Shown: piece by piece, positions 50,109-58,825 of the stretch
Layout of the letters: each line of letters begins with the position of its first letter
How positions within the stretch are numbered: position 1 is the stretch's first letter
NCBI GenBank assembly: GCA_963833095.1
Contig: CAWHWQ010000001.1
Location: 416,001-480,000, forward strand
Source: Vulcanimicrobiota bacterium
Lineage (GTDB): Bacteria; Vulcanimicrobiota; Vulcanimicrobiia; Vulcanimicrobiales; Vulcanimicrobiaceae
DNA length: 64,000 nucleotides
Reading direction: 5' to 3'
The notes under the pieces: generated by a model
What the model saw: the letters and a program-made list of their open reading frames with translations, nothing else
What the model was told of the DNA's origin: nothing
The model's database searches: none
Program-made: the position numbers and the translations under genes

Positions 50109-51563
50109 TTAATATTTACTGCTGCTGTTGCCGTTGTTGTCGTCATAGCCGCGAGACATCGAGAGTGCCTCTTTGGTGACCGACTGCAAGAACTCGTCGT
50201 TCGTGCGCGTCTGGGCCATCTTATCGAGGATGATCTCGGTGATATCTCCGGTGTTGAGAACCGACGTGGCGCGGCGAAGCATCCAGATCTTGCGCATCTC
50301 TTCGGTCGTAAGCAGCAACTCTTCGTGTCGCGTGCCCGAACGCTTGATGTCGATTGCCGGGAACACGCGCGACTCGGCGAGTTTACGCGTGAGGTTGAGC
50401 TCCATGTTGCCCGTGCCTTTGAACTCTTCGAAGATCACGTCATCCATCTTGGATCCGGTTTCGATGAGCGCCGTGGCAATGATCGTGAGCGATCCGCCTT
50501 CTTCGATTTTGCGCGCAGCGCCGAAGAAGCGTTTGGGTTTGTGGAGCGACGCGGTATCGAGACCACCCGAAAGCGTTCGGCCCGAACTCGCGACGACTTG
50601 ATTGTAGGCGCGAGCGAGGCGTGTGATCGAGTCGAGGAGGATCACGACGTCTTTGCCGAGTTCCACCAAGCGTTTTGCGCGCTCCATCGTCAGTTCGGCG
50701 ACGGCGGTGTGATTCTCGGGATGCTCGTCGAAGGTCGATGCGACGACTTCGCCGTCGACCGTGCGCTGCATATCAGTAACTTCTTCCGGCCGTTCGTCCA
50801 CGAGTAGCGCAATGATATGCGCATCGGGATGATTGATCGAAATGGAATTGGCGATGTTCTTAAGCAGCGTGGTCTTGCCGGCTTTGGGCGGCGAGACGAT
50901 CAGCGCGCGTTGACCCTTACCGATCGGGCAGAACAGATCGATGACGCGAGTCGAGAGCTGCGTCGCTCGAACCTCAAGCTTAAAGCGCTCGTTCGGATAT
51001 ATCGGCGTGCCTTTTTCGAAAAGGCGCCGGCCCTTGATCGCTTCGGGGTCGAGATCGTTGACACGATCGACGCGAATGAGGCCGTAATACTTCTCGCTCT
51101 CTTTGGGGCGGCGTACTTGGCCTTCGACCATGTCGCCGCGGCGCAGCTCGAAGCGCCGAATTTGCGACTGGCTCACGTAGATATCGTCGTTGCCGATGAT
51201 ATAACCGCCGCGTCGCAAGAAGCCGTAGCCCTCGGGAAGGACGTCGAGGATCCCGCTAGCCATCTCCATGCCCGAGCGCTGTTGCTGGGTGGCGAGGATC
51301 GCGGCGATGATCTCGTCTTTCTTCATGGTCGTCGGATTGCCGAGCGCGATTTCATTTTGCTCGGCGATCTCGACCAGTTCAGCCTTCTTCTTATCTTCGA
51401 GATCGGCTGCGGTCAAAAGCGGCGGCCCAGTTTCCGCTTGAGGAAACTGTTCGTTGTGTTGTTGAAATTGCGGGTTGAACCCGTGGCGGCGGCGCGAACG
51501 GCGGCGACGTCCGCCACCCTGCTGCCCATTGTTATTGTTGTTGGGGCGATGTTCCGTTTGCAG
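50109..51563 (-). CDS. rho: Transcription termination factor Rho, with a probable N-terminal extension from a CTG start
   Basis: GYGFLR, DIYVSQSQI, PPKAGKT, DERPEEVTD, DSITRLARAYN, EEFKGTGN; frame open upstream of TTG 51416. Confidence 0.95.
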   Translation of the reverse strand: MQTEHRPNNNNNGQQGGGRRRRSRRRHGFNPQFQQHNEQFPQAETGPPLLTAADLEDKKKAELVEIAEQNEIALGNPTTMKKDEIIAAILATQQQRSGMEMASGILDVLPEGYGFLRRGGYIIGNDDIYVSQSQIRRFELRRGDMVEGQVRRPKESEKYYGLIRVDRVNDLDPEAIKGRRLFEKGTPIYPNERFKLEVRATQLSTRVIDLFCPIGKGQRALIVSPPKAGKTTLLKNIANSISINHPDAHIIALLVDERPEEVTDMQRTVDGEVVASTFDEHPENHTAVAELTMERAKRLVELGKDVVILLDSITRLARAYNQVVASSGRTLSGGLDTASLHKPKRFFGAARKIEEGGSLTIIATALIETGSKMDDVIFEEFKGTGNMELNLTRKLAESRVFPAIDIKRSGTRHEELLLTTEEMRKIWMLRRATSVLNTGDITEIILDKMAQTRTNDEFLQSVTKEALSMSRGYDDNNGNSSSKY

Positions 51564-51790
51564 AGGAGTGTTCTCTCTCGTAGAGTCGTACGCATGAACA
51601 ACGCGACGCTGTCACGGGCGAGGCTGCCACGCGAGCGTCGAGTCCGAGGTACGGGGGGGATTAAACGACCACACTATACCACAGGCCGGGGAAGCCGCAA
51701 TGTGCCCCGCCTCGTCGTCGGCTCGACCAGGCGTTATCGTCAAAGCGAAGCTCTCCCGGCTAGATCCGCGCAGATTCGCTCGCCTAGTCA

Positions 51791-52357
51791 TTAAGGCGAA
51801 AGGTTTTTTGGGCCGCTCAGGTAGGGATTGCCGCGTTCGTAAAACCTCAGGAGCCGGCGCGCGGCCGAGCTCACGCCGATTCTGCGGCTGCGCCGAATCG
51901 CTCCCACAGGCCGGTCGGGCGGATGAAGTTGCAACGTCGAATTGGTCAGAAGATTGCAGCCATCGAGCGTCCGATCGATCTCCAGCGCTTGGGACAGGCG
52001 CCCAGGCCCGCTGCAAAGGAGGCGCGGATCCTCTAGCCCACGGCGTTCACGCATCAGCGCGATGCCCTCGAGCGGTTCGAGAGCACGAATCAGCACCGCT
52101 GCCCCCTGTCCATCGGCCTCACTCGAAACGTTGACGCACCAATACCGCCCGTAAATACGGTAGACGTAGGCGTGAAACGGTGCGCCGAACATCGTGCGAT
52201 TGCGGGGACGTACGCCGCGAAAAGCGTGCGATGCCGGATCGCCGATGAGGTAGGCTTCGGTTTCAATGATGCGGCCCGCAGAGGTCCCGGCCGGGCCTAG
52301 GCGCACGAGCCGCCACCCGATGAGCGCCCGCGCCAGTGCTTGCGTCTCCTTCGGCAA
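51791..52357 (-). CDS. DNA-3-methyladenine glycosylase, MPG/AAG family (start uncertain)
   Basis: LARALIG, GRIIETEAY, DPASH, YVYRIYG, AVLIRALEP, GPGRL, RIGV. Confidence 0.92.
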   Translation of the reverse strand: MPKETQALARALIGWRLVRLGPAGTSAGRIIETEAYLIGDPASHAFRGVRPRNRTMFGAPFHAYVYRIYGRYWCVNVSSEADGQGAAVLIRALEPLEGIALMRERRGLEDPRLLCSGPGRLSQALEIDRTLDGCNLLTNSTLQLHPPDRPVGAIRRSRRIGVSSAARRLLRFYERGNPYLSGPKNLSP

Positions 52358-52376
52358 CTCTGGAAGAACCGACGGT

Positions 52377-52775
52377 CTACGCGGCGCTATGCAGTACCAA
52401 TTCCGCGCGAGCGCGCGCCTCGAGATCGTCATCGCCTCCGGTGCAGACCGCGTACGCGGCGAAACGGTTCAGCGCGCAACGCAAGCGCACGTACGGCAAT
52501 ACTAACGGCGGCGGCACATTGCGATGCTCGTTGCAATCGGCAACCAGCTCGCCGTCGGCGAGTCCAAACGACGCGCGCTCGAGGCCGCGTTCCCGCAGCA
52601 TCGCGGCGACCGCGGTCAACGCCGCGTAGCCAATCTCGCGACCTCCCAGACCCTCGAAGCGCGCGACGCGGAAGGCGACCCGCACAAGCCGCTCTCCCGC
52701 CCGCGTCGTCAGGCGAGCGTAGGCGACTCCCTCCCCGAGCCGGTCGGCGGCGAACCCTAGCTGTACCTGCACCAT
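52377..52775 (-). CDS. Hypothetical protein, probable degenerate RNase H-like fold, leaderless
   Basis: EIGYAALTAVAAMLRERG..ADGELV..LRCALNRF pattern; ATG 6 nt after the -10 box. Confidence 0.7.
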   Translation of the reverse strand: MVQVQLGFAADRLGEGVAYARLTTRAGERLVRVAFRVARFEGLGGREIGYAALTAVAAMLRERGLERASFGLADGELVADCNEHRNVPPPLVLPYVRLRCALNRFAAYAVCTGGDDDLEARARAELVLHSAA

Positions 52776-52779
52776 ACCC

Positions 52780-53949
52780 TTATGATACCGAACGTATGTT
52801 CGTCTCGTCAACCGGGTGTGGCTCCAGCAAGCTCTGATAGAGATCGATCATCGCGTCGACCTGCCGAACCGCCGAGAAGCGGCTCGCCGCCGATTTCGCG
52901 CGACGGGCTGCCGCGGCGTCCGGCGCCGCGGGGATCTCGCGTAGGGCGTGAGCGAAGGCACCGCGATCCGGCGCGACGATGCGCGCGGCATCGCCCAGCA
53001 CCTCGCGATTGGGTTGCGTGTCCGCGGCGATGACGAGCGCTCCGGCGGCCAGTGCCTCGGCTTGAACCAGTCCCTGCGTTTCCGTCGTGCTCGGAAAAAC
53101 GAACGCATCCGCGCTGGCGTAAAGATCCGGAAGCTCTTCGCTCGCGACGACCCCGAGAAATACGACACGGTCGGCAATGCGCAGGTCGAGCGCGAGCCGC
53201 TCGAGCTCGTCGCGCTGTGGTCCATCGCCGGCGATCACGAGCACCAGCGACGGATCGTTCGCTTCGGCGAGGGCGCGCAGGAGCACGTCGACGTTCTTTT
53301 CGCGCGCTAGGCGCGAGACAAACAAGACCAGGCGACCGTCGGCCCGCACGCCTAGACGGCGGCGCAAACGATCGTCGCGCACTCCCGCGCCGAAACGCTC
53401 GACGTCGATACCCGAGGGAACAACATCGATGCGCGCCTCGACCCCCAGGTCGCGAAGATGCCGCGCGACGGCCGGCGTCGGCACGACGACCGCATCCACT
53501 AAATTGCAGAATGTCCGCGTCAACTGGCCCGCCGCAAAACGCGTCGCATTCGGCTCGAACGGTACGTAGTGGGCGTACGCTTCGAGCTGCGTGTGATACG
53601 TGTACACGATCGGCATGCCGTAACGGCGCGCGTACCGCAGCCCGGCCCAGCCGGTTACAAAAAGCGAGTGCACGTGGATCAATCCGAGTCGCTTGATGAT
53701 GTTGTTGACGTTGCGCCGCCCCACCAGCGGCAGGGTGAGGCGATATGGGGCCGCCGTCGGCAGCGGTAGCGACGGCAGCCGGAACACGGCGCCGTCGCTC
53801 TGTGTTCCGCCCGGCATGCTCGGCGCAAAACAGTAGACCTCGTGTCCGCGCGAACGCAAACCCTGAGCCAAGGTGTCGACCGACGTCACCACACCGTTGA
53901 CCACCGGCCGGTAGATCTCGGTAAAAAAGCCGAGGCGCAGATGGGTCAT
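52780..53949 (-). CDS. GT4 glycosyltransferase (diacylglycerol glucosyltransferase-like)
   Basis: FTEIYRPVVNGVVTS, YTYHT, RLAREKN, GDGP, TETQGLVQAEA. Confidence 0.9.
   Translation of the reverse strand: MTHLRLGFFTEIYRPVVNGVVTSVDTLAQGLRSRGHEVYCFAPSMPGGTQSDGAVFRLPSLPLPTAAPYRLTLPLVGRRNVNNIIKRLGLIHVHSLFVTGWAGLRYARRYGMPIVYTYHTQLEAYAHYVPFEPNATRFAAGQLTRTFCNLVDAVVVPTPAVARHLRDLGVEARIDVVPSGIDVERFGAGVRDDRLRRRLGVRADGRLVLFVSRLAREKNVDVLLRALAEANDPSLVLVIAGDGPQRDELERLALDLRIADRVVFLGVVASEELPDLYASADAFVFPSTTETQGLVQAEALAAGALVIAADTQPNREVLGDAARIVAPDRGAFAHALREIPAAPDAAAARRAKSAASRFSAVRQVDAMIDLYQSLLEPHPVDETNIRSVS
52782..52811 (-). promoter_or_regulatory. Sigma70 promoter with a LexA (SOS) box in the spacer
   Basis: TTGACG-18 bp-TATCAT enclosing CGAAC-N4-GTTCG at 52789-52802. 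Confidence 0.8.
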
Positions 53950-54025
53950 GGCGTTACCTTCGCCGATGGCCTTGGGGTCCGCTCTAAAAAGAGGGCACTC
54001 CTGCCGATTTCCGACATAAGGCATA

Positions 54026-54054
54026 TTCCCGGCTCGGAATGGGCATGGTATAGT
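54026..54054 (+). promoter_or_regulatory. Putative extended -10 promoter
   Basis: TTCCCG-17 bp-TATAGT with an upstream TG. Confidence 0.55.
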
Positions 54055-54059
54055 GCCGG

Positions 54060-54210
54060 GGTCACTGGTCGCCCGTCCAACAGGCGGCCATCGCGTGGAT
54101 CATCATTGCCGGCTCCCCCTTTGCGAGCCTTGATCCGCCACCAACGGCGTTTCTCTAACTACCAGGGACCATCTCCCCACATCTGTGGGGCGCTATCGCC
54201 GATTTTTTAC
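54060..54210 (+). ncRNA. Candidate structured 5' leader RNA
   Basis: Closing stem GGTC-CTGGT/ACCAG-GACC with internal helices, then hairpin CCCCAC/GTGGGG and a downstream T tract. Confidence 0.45.
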
Positions 54211-54299
54211 CTACTGTTGGTTCAACTTGCGGGCATTCGTTCGCCACTGCGGGTGCGCGGTGTGCCGGTGCCGGAGTTGGGACAGAAAGGACCTCGGTC

Positions 54300-55283
54300 T
54301 TGATAGGACGCGGCCCCCTACGGCGTAGCCACGTGCTTGCCGTCAGCGTCTTGACCGCCGGCCTCGTATGGGCCGGATTTGTCACCTACCCGTCACCGGC
54401 GTATGCCGGTAATGCGTCGATCGCTACGAACGTCGCGCACGTGGTGATCTTCACCGCGCAAGGTTCGACGACCGAGCAGCCGACCAATGCGACGACGGTT
54501 GGCGCATTCTTGCGCGAACATGGTATCGGCGTCGGTGCGAACGACTACATTTCTCCGTCGGTTGATACGCCGCTTTCCGACCGCATGTCGATCGAGTATC
54601 GTCCAGCGGTATCCGTCACAATCGTTTCCGGTAAACGTCGAAACACGGTTATCACGAGCGCGCCAAACGTTGCAGCGCTGCTGCAATCGCAAAACATTCG
54701 GCTCGGAAGATACGACAGCGTCACGCCCACCCTTACGGACTCGGTTCCTATCGACGGCACCGTGCGCATCGACCACTTCTTGACGTGGCAACGCGTCGAA
54801 CATCGTATTATTGCGATGCCGACGATCAAGCGCGTCAACGTCTCGCTAAAGCCGGGAGCGGCGCGACTCGTGAACAGAGGACAGCCGGGAATGCTCGACG
54901 TTCTCGTATCGTTCACGCAGCGCAACAACGGCGACGTGAAGGCTCGAGTGATCGGCTCGCGCGTCGTGCGCAAAGCGCATGCGCGCCTGGTTGACGTCGG
55001 TGCAGCCGACTCGATGCAGATGGTCGCAACTGCGTACACGCCATATTGCTCCGGCTGCAGCGGCATCACCGCAAGTGGCCGGCCAGCCGGACACGGCATC
55101 GTGGCGGTCGATCCGCGGGTGATCCCACTTGGTACACGCCTGTACATTCCCGGATACGGCTACGCAATCGCCGGCGACACCGGCGGCGCAATTGTTGGCT
55201 ATCGCATCGATCTCGGTTACACTTCATATCGTGATGCGATGCAATTCGGGCGCCGGGCGGTGACGGTATACCGTCTGAAGTAA
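54300..55283 (+). CDS. DUF348-G5-3D domain cell-wall protein (YabE/RpfB-like)
   Basis: TTVGAFLRE repeats, G5-like GQPG, MVATAY, VAVDPRVIPLGT, AGDTGGAI, RIDL; upstream of ksgA. Confidence 0.88.
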   Translation: MIGRGPLRRSHVLAVSVLTAGLVWAGFVTYPSPAYAGNASIATNVAHVVIFTAQGSTTEQPTNATTVGAFLREHGIGVGANDYISPSVDTPLSDRMSIEYRPAVSVTIVSGKRRNTVITSAPNVAALLQSQNIRLGRYDSVTPTLTDSVPIDGTVRIDHFLTWQRVEHRIIAMPTIKRVNVSLKPGAARLVNRGQPGMLDVLVSFTQRNNGDVKARVIGSRVVRKAHARLVDVGAADSMQMVATAYTPYCSGCSGITASGRPAGHGIVAVDPRVIPLGTRLYIPGYGYAIAGDTGGAIVGYRIDLGYTSYRDAMQFGRRAVTVYRLK

Positions 55284-56107
55284 ATCCGCGCGTTTTACTC
55301 TCGCAGTGGGGCGCACGTCCGAAGAAGAAGTTCGGGCAGAACTTCCTGATAGACCCGGGCGCTTCGCGCCGGATCGCGCAAGTTGCGTGCCAGGACGCGC
55401 CCGCCGGCGCGCGCTTGATCGAAATCGGCGCGGGTACCGGTACGCTCACCCTCGCGCTGCTAGAAGCGGGAGCGAACGTCACCGCTCTCGAGATCGATCC
55501 GCAGCTGGTGAGCATCCTTGGTAATCGCGCGGACCTCGCGCGCGCAACCGTGGTGCTCGCCGACGCGATGACGTACGATTACGCCGCCTTCGCCCGTGGC
55601 GGCGCTTGGCGCGTTGCCGGCAACCTCCCTTACAACATCGCGACCCCGCTCTTGCTCCAACTTATCGAGATGGATGACGGACCCGAAACGATCGTCGCGA
55701 TGATTCAAAAAGACGTCGCGGACCGCATCGGCGCAAAGCCCGGCACCGCTGCCTACGGCAGCCTATCGATCGCGGTGCAATATGCGATGACCGTCGAACG
55801 CGCATTCACGCTCGGGCCTCGCGCATTCTATCCACCTCCCAAGGTCGACTCCTCGGTGATCCGCCTGGTACGCCACGCAGAGCCCGCCGTGCAGCCGCGC
55901 GACCTCGAACTTTTTCGGAAGGTCGTGCGCGGCGCGTTCGCGTACCGGCGCAAGACGCTCGCAAATAGTCTGGCGCTCGCGCTGCACATCGAACGCGATG
56001 TCGTCGCCCGCGCCATTTCCGCGAGTGGTCTGCCTGCGGAGTCACGTGGTGAACAACTCGATCTCGAAGCGTTTTGTCGACTGGCCGACGTCCTGGCCGA
56101 GCGGTAG
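55280..56107 (+). CDS. rsmA: 16S rRNA m6,2A dimethyltransferase (apparent GTA start)
   Basis: KKKFGQNFL, IEIGAGTGTLT, GNLPYNI, YGSLS, FYPPPKVDS, RRKTL. Confidence 0.95.
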   Translation, partial: VNPRVLLSQWGARPKKKFGQNFLIDPGASRRIAQVACQDAPAGARLIEIGAGTGTLTLALLEAGANVTALEIDPQLVSILGNRADLARATVVLADAMTYDYAAFARGGAWRVAGNLPYNIATPLLLQLIEMDDGPETIVAMIQKDVADRIGAKPGTAAYGSLSIAVQYAMTVERAFTLGPRAFYPPPKVDSSVIRLVRHAEPAVQPRDLELFRKVVRGAFAYRRKTLANSLALALHIERDVVARAISASGLPAESRGEQLDLEAFCRLADVLAER

Positions 56108-56129
56108 CTTCCGCGCCTTCCCGACGGCG

Positions 56130-56811
56130 TTGTTATTCGTCGTCGTCGTTTTTCCGATGTTCGCGTTCGGCATCTATCAGGTGATCGCTGTCGGCGTCGT
56201 CAAGCATCGATCAAAAACTGCTGGGCGATCCGCTCGTGGTCATCGCGTCGCTCGGACTCACACTCCTGGTCGAAGGCGGTCTTGCGCTGATCGTGCTGCT
56301 GCTGCTGCCATGGGCATCGCGGCTTTCGCTGCGCGCGCTCGGCTATCGGCCGCCCAGCGCGCGGGATCTGCTCGCTGCATTCCTTGGCTCGCTCGTCATG
56401 GCGCTGGTGGCCAACGGCGGGGCTTCGCTCATTCAATCGCTGCTCCACACGAATCAAGACCAGCAAGCCGTTGAAATGCTGCGCCAGCTGCACGATCCAA
56501 GGCTGTTGATAGCCTTTACCGTTTTTGCCTGCGTGCTCGCGCCGCTCATGGAAGAAACGATTTTCCGTGTCTTCCTTTTCAACGCGGTGCGGCGGTATCT
56601 GGGATTCTGGCCCGGTGCGCTGGTGAGCGGGCTTTGCTTCGGCGTCGCCCATGGCGATCCGATCGCTTCGCTTCCGCTCGCGCTGGGCGGCGTGGTCCTC
56701 GCGTTTGTTTACTATCGCACGAACAACGCGTTCGCATCGATGGTTACCCATGGTCTCTTCAACTCATACACGATCCTCGCGCTGATCTTCACTCCGCAAC
56801 TGGCGAAGTAG
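56130..56811 (+). CDS. CPBP (Abi/CAAX) intramembrane metalloprotease (5' frameshift; start approximate)
   Basis: PLMEETIFR, FGVAH, HGLFN. Confidence 0.85.
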
Positions 56812-56821
56812 GCAAACCCCC

Positions 56822-57793
56822 ATGCGCGTTGCAGTCGACGCTTGGAATCTCGTCAACGATCGACGTGGCATGGGTCGCTACGTCAGACGCGTTCTAACCG
56901 ACTGGCAGAACGAGCGCGATCTCGAAGTGACGCTGCTCGTTCGCAAGGCCGGCCACGCGGCATTGCTGAACCGAGAATTTCCCTATCACGCGCGCAGCGA
57001 TCTCAAGGGCAGCTACGACGTTGTGTGGTACCCGTGGAACGCGCTGCGCTTTGCCATCCGCGGCGCGCGCAGCGTCGTCCTCTTTCACGACGCTTTCGCG
57101 TTTGCGTATCCCCACGCAAATTGGGTAGCGAGGTATCGCGAGCAGGCGCCCATTCGTCGCGCCCTTGCGCGCGCCGACTGCCGGTCGGCAAATTCCTCAT
57201 GGACGGCGAGCGAATTTGCGCGCATCTTCAATCTGGCCGCCGACTCATTCAGTGTCATTCATCCGGTGCCCGACCCGTGGTGGCAGCCGGTAGCGCCGAC
57301 GCAGCATACGCCATATATCCTCGTTGTCGCCGGCCCCGAAGAACGCAAAAATCTCCCGACGCTCGTGCGCGCGTTCGCCCGCGCGTTCCCGGCGCGCGAC
57401 TGCTCTTTGCTCATCGCCGGCAACGCGCCTCGAGCGAACATCCATCCCGACGACACGGAACTGCGCGCGCTCTATAGCGGCGCGCTCGCCGTCGCGGTTC
57501 CCTCGAACGCGGAAGGCTACGGCTTGATGGCGGTCGAGGCGATGGCCTGCGGCGCGCCGGTCATTGCGAGCGACGCATCGGCGCTCCCCGAGGCGTGTGA
57601 CGGCGCGGCCGAACTCGTGCCGGCATTCGACGTCAATGCGTGGGCGCTTGCGCTGCGGATGATCGCTGACAACGCAAATATGCGGACGATCATGCGCGAC
57701 CGTTCGCTCGCGCGCGCCGCACGCATCGATCGCAGCGCGCCGGCGCGCCTTACGCTCGGGTTGCTTCGACGATCGCTCGAAAGCGCTCGATGA
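56822..57793 (+). CDS. GT4 glycosyltransferase
   Basis: GMGRY, RKNL, PSNAEGYGLMAVEAMACG. Confidence 0.88.
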   Translation: MRVAVDAWNLVNDRRGMGRYVRRVLTDWQNERDLEVTLLVRKAGHAALLNREFPYHARSDLKGSYDVVWYPWNALRFAIRGARSVVLFHDAFAFAYPHANWVARYREQAPIRRALARADCRSANSSWTASEFARIFNLAADSFSVIHPVPDPWWQPVAPTQHTPYILVVAGPEERKNLPTLVRAFARAFPARDCSLLIAGNAPRANIHPDDTELRALYSGALAVAVPSNAEGYGLMAVEAMACGAPVIASDASALPEACDGAAELVPAFDVNAWALALRMIADNANMRTIMRDRSLARAARIDRSAPARLTLGLLRRSLESAR

Positions 57794-58822
57794 AGCGCTG
57801 CGGCGAGAACGTTTCGGCGTGCGCGCGTAAGCGCCGTTGATCGTAAGGGCGCGAATCGAACCCTCGCAAGACGGCGGCGAGCGACTCTGCCGTCGGCTCG
57901 CCGAAGAAAGCGCCCGTCTCCCCCTCGATCACCGTTTCGCGAGCGCCGCCCGCTCCGTAGGCGATGGTCGGCCGTCCTGCGGCCGCTGCTTCGATCGGCA
58001 CGAGTCCTAAATCTTCTTCTCCCGGCACGATCGCGGCGATCGCGTTGCCCAAGAGCTGATTGACAGCCGCGTCATCGACAAAGCCTAGCATCGTCGTGGT
58101 GCTCGATCGCGCCCGCTCGCGCAGCGCGCCATCGCCGGTCCATCGCCGGCAACGAGCAGTTTGACGCCGGCGAGCCGCGCGGCATCGATTGCAAGATCGA
58201 TACGCTTGTACGGCAAAAGGCGCGATGCGATGAAGAAGTAATCGCCGGCCCCGCTGCCGATCGTGAACCGGTCAACGTCGGCGGGCGAATGCAGCACGTC
58301 CGCATCGCGCGCATAGAAGGTGCGGACCCGTTCCTGCACTGTGCGGCTATTAGCGACGTACCGCGTCGGCCGCTTGGCAGCCTCAAGATCCCAACGTACC
58401 AGGCCGCGCACCATCGGCCTTGCGAGCCGCGAAAGCCCGAACCCGCCAACGTACCGTTCATAGTCGAAGAGAAAACGGCTGACCGTGTGAATGAAGCAGA
58501 CGTGAACGGCATCCTCGCGTATACGGACGCCCTTTGCCCAAGCGCTCGTCGAACTCAGGATAAGATCGTACTCACGCAGATCGAAGGCCTCGAATGCGTG
58601 AGGATAGAGTGGCGCGAGGTAGCGAAAGTTCCGGTTGGCTCCCGGAATCCGTGCAAGCAGCGAGGCGTGCACCCGCTCGCGCGGGATCAAGTCGCCAACC
58701 GCGCCTTCGTCGTAGAGTGCGGTGAAGACCGGCGCTTGCGGCCATGCTTGCGCGAAATGTGCAAAGACGCGCTCGGCGCCTCCGCGCTGATTTAAGTAAT
58801 CGTGAACCAGCGCAACGCGAAT
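57750..58822 (-). CDS. GT4 glycosyltransferase (frameshift near 58090; apparent ATT start)
   Basis: RVALVHDYLNQRGGAERV, SRLLPYKRID, EEDLGLVPIEA. Confidence 0.88.
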
Positions 58823-58825
58823 GGC

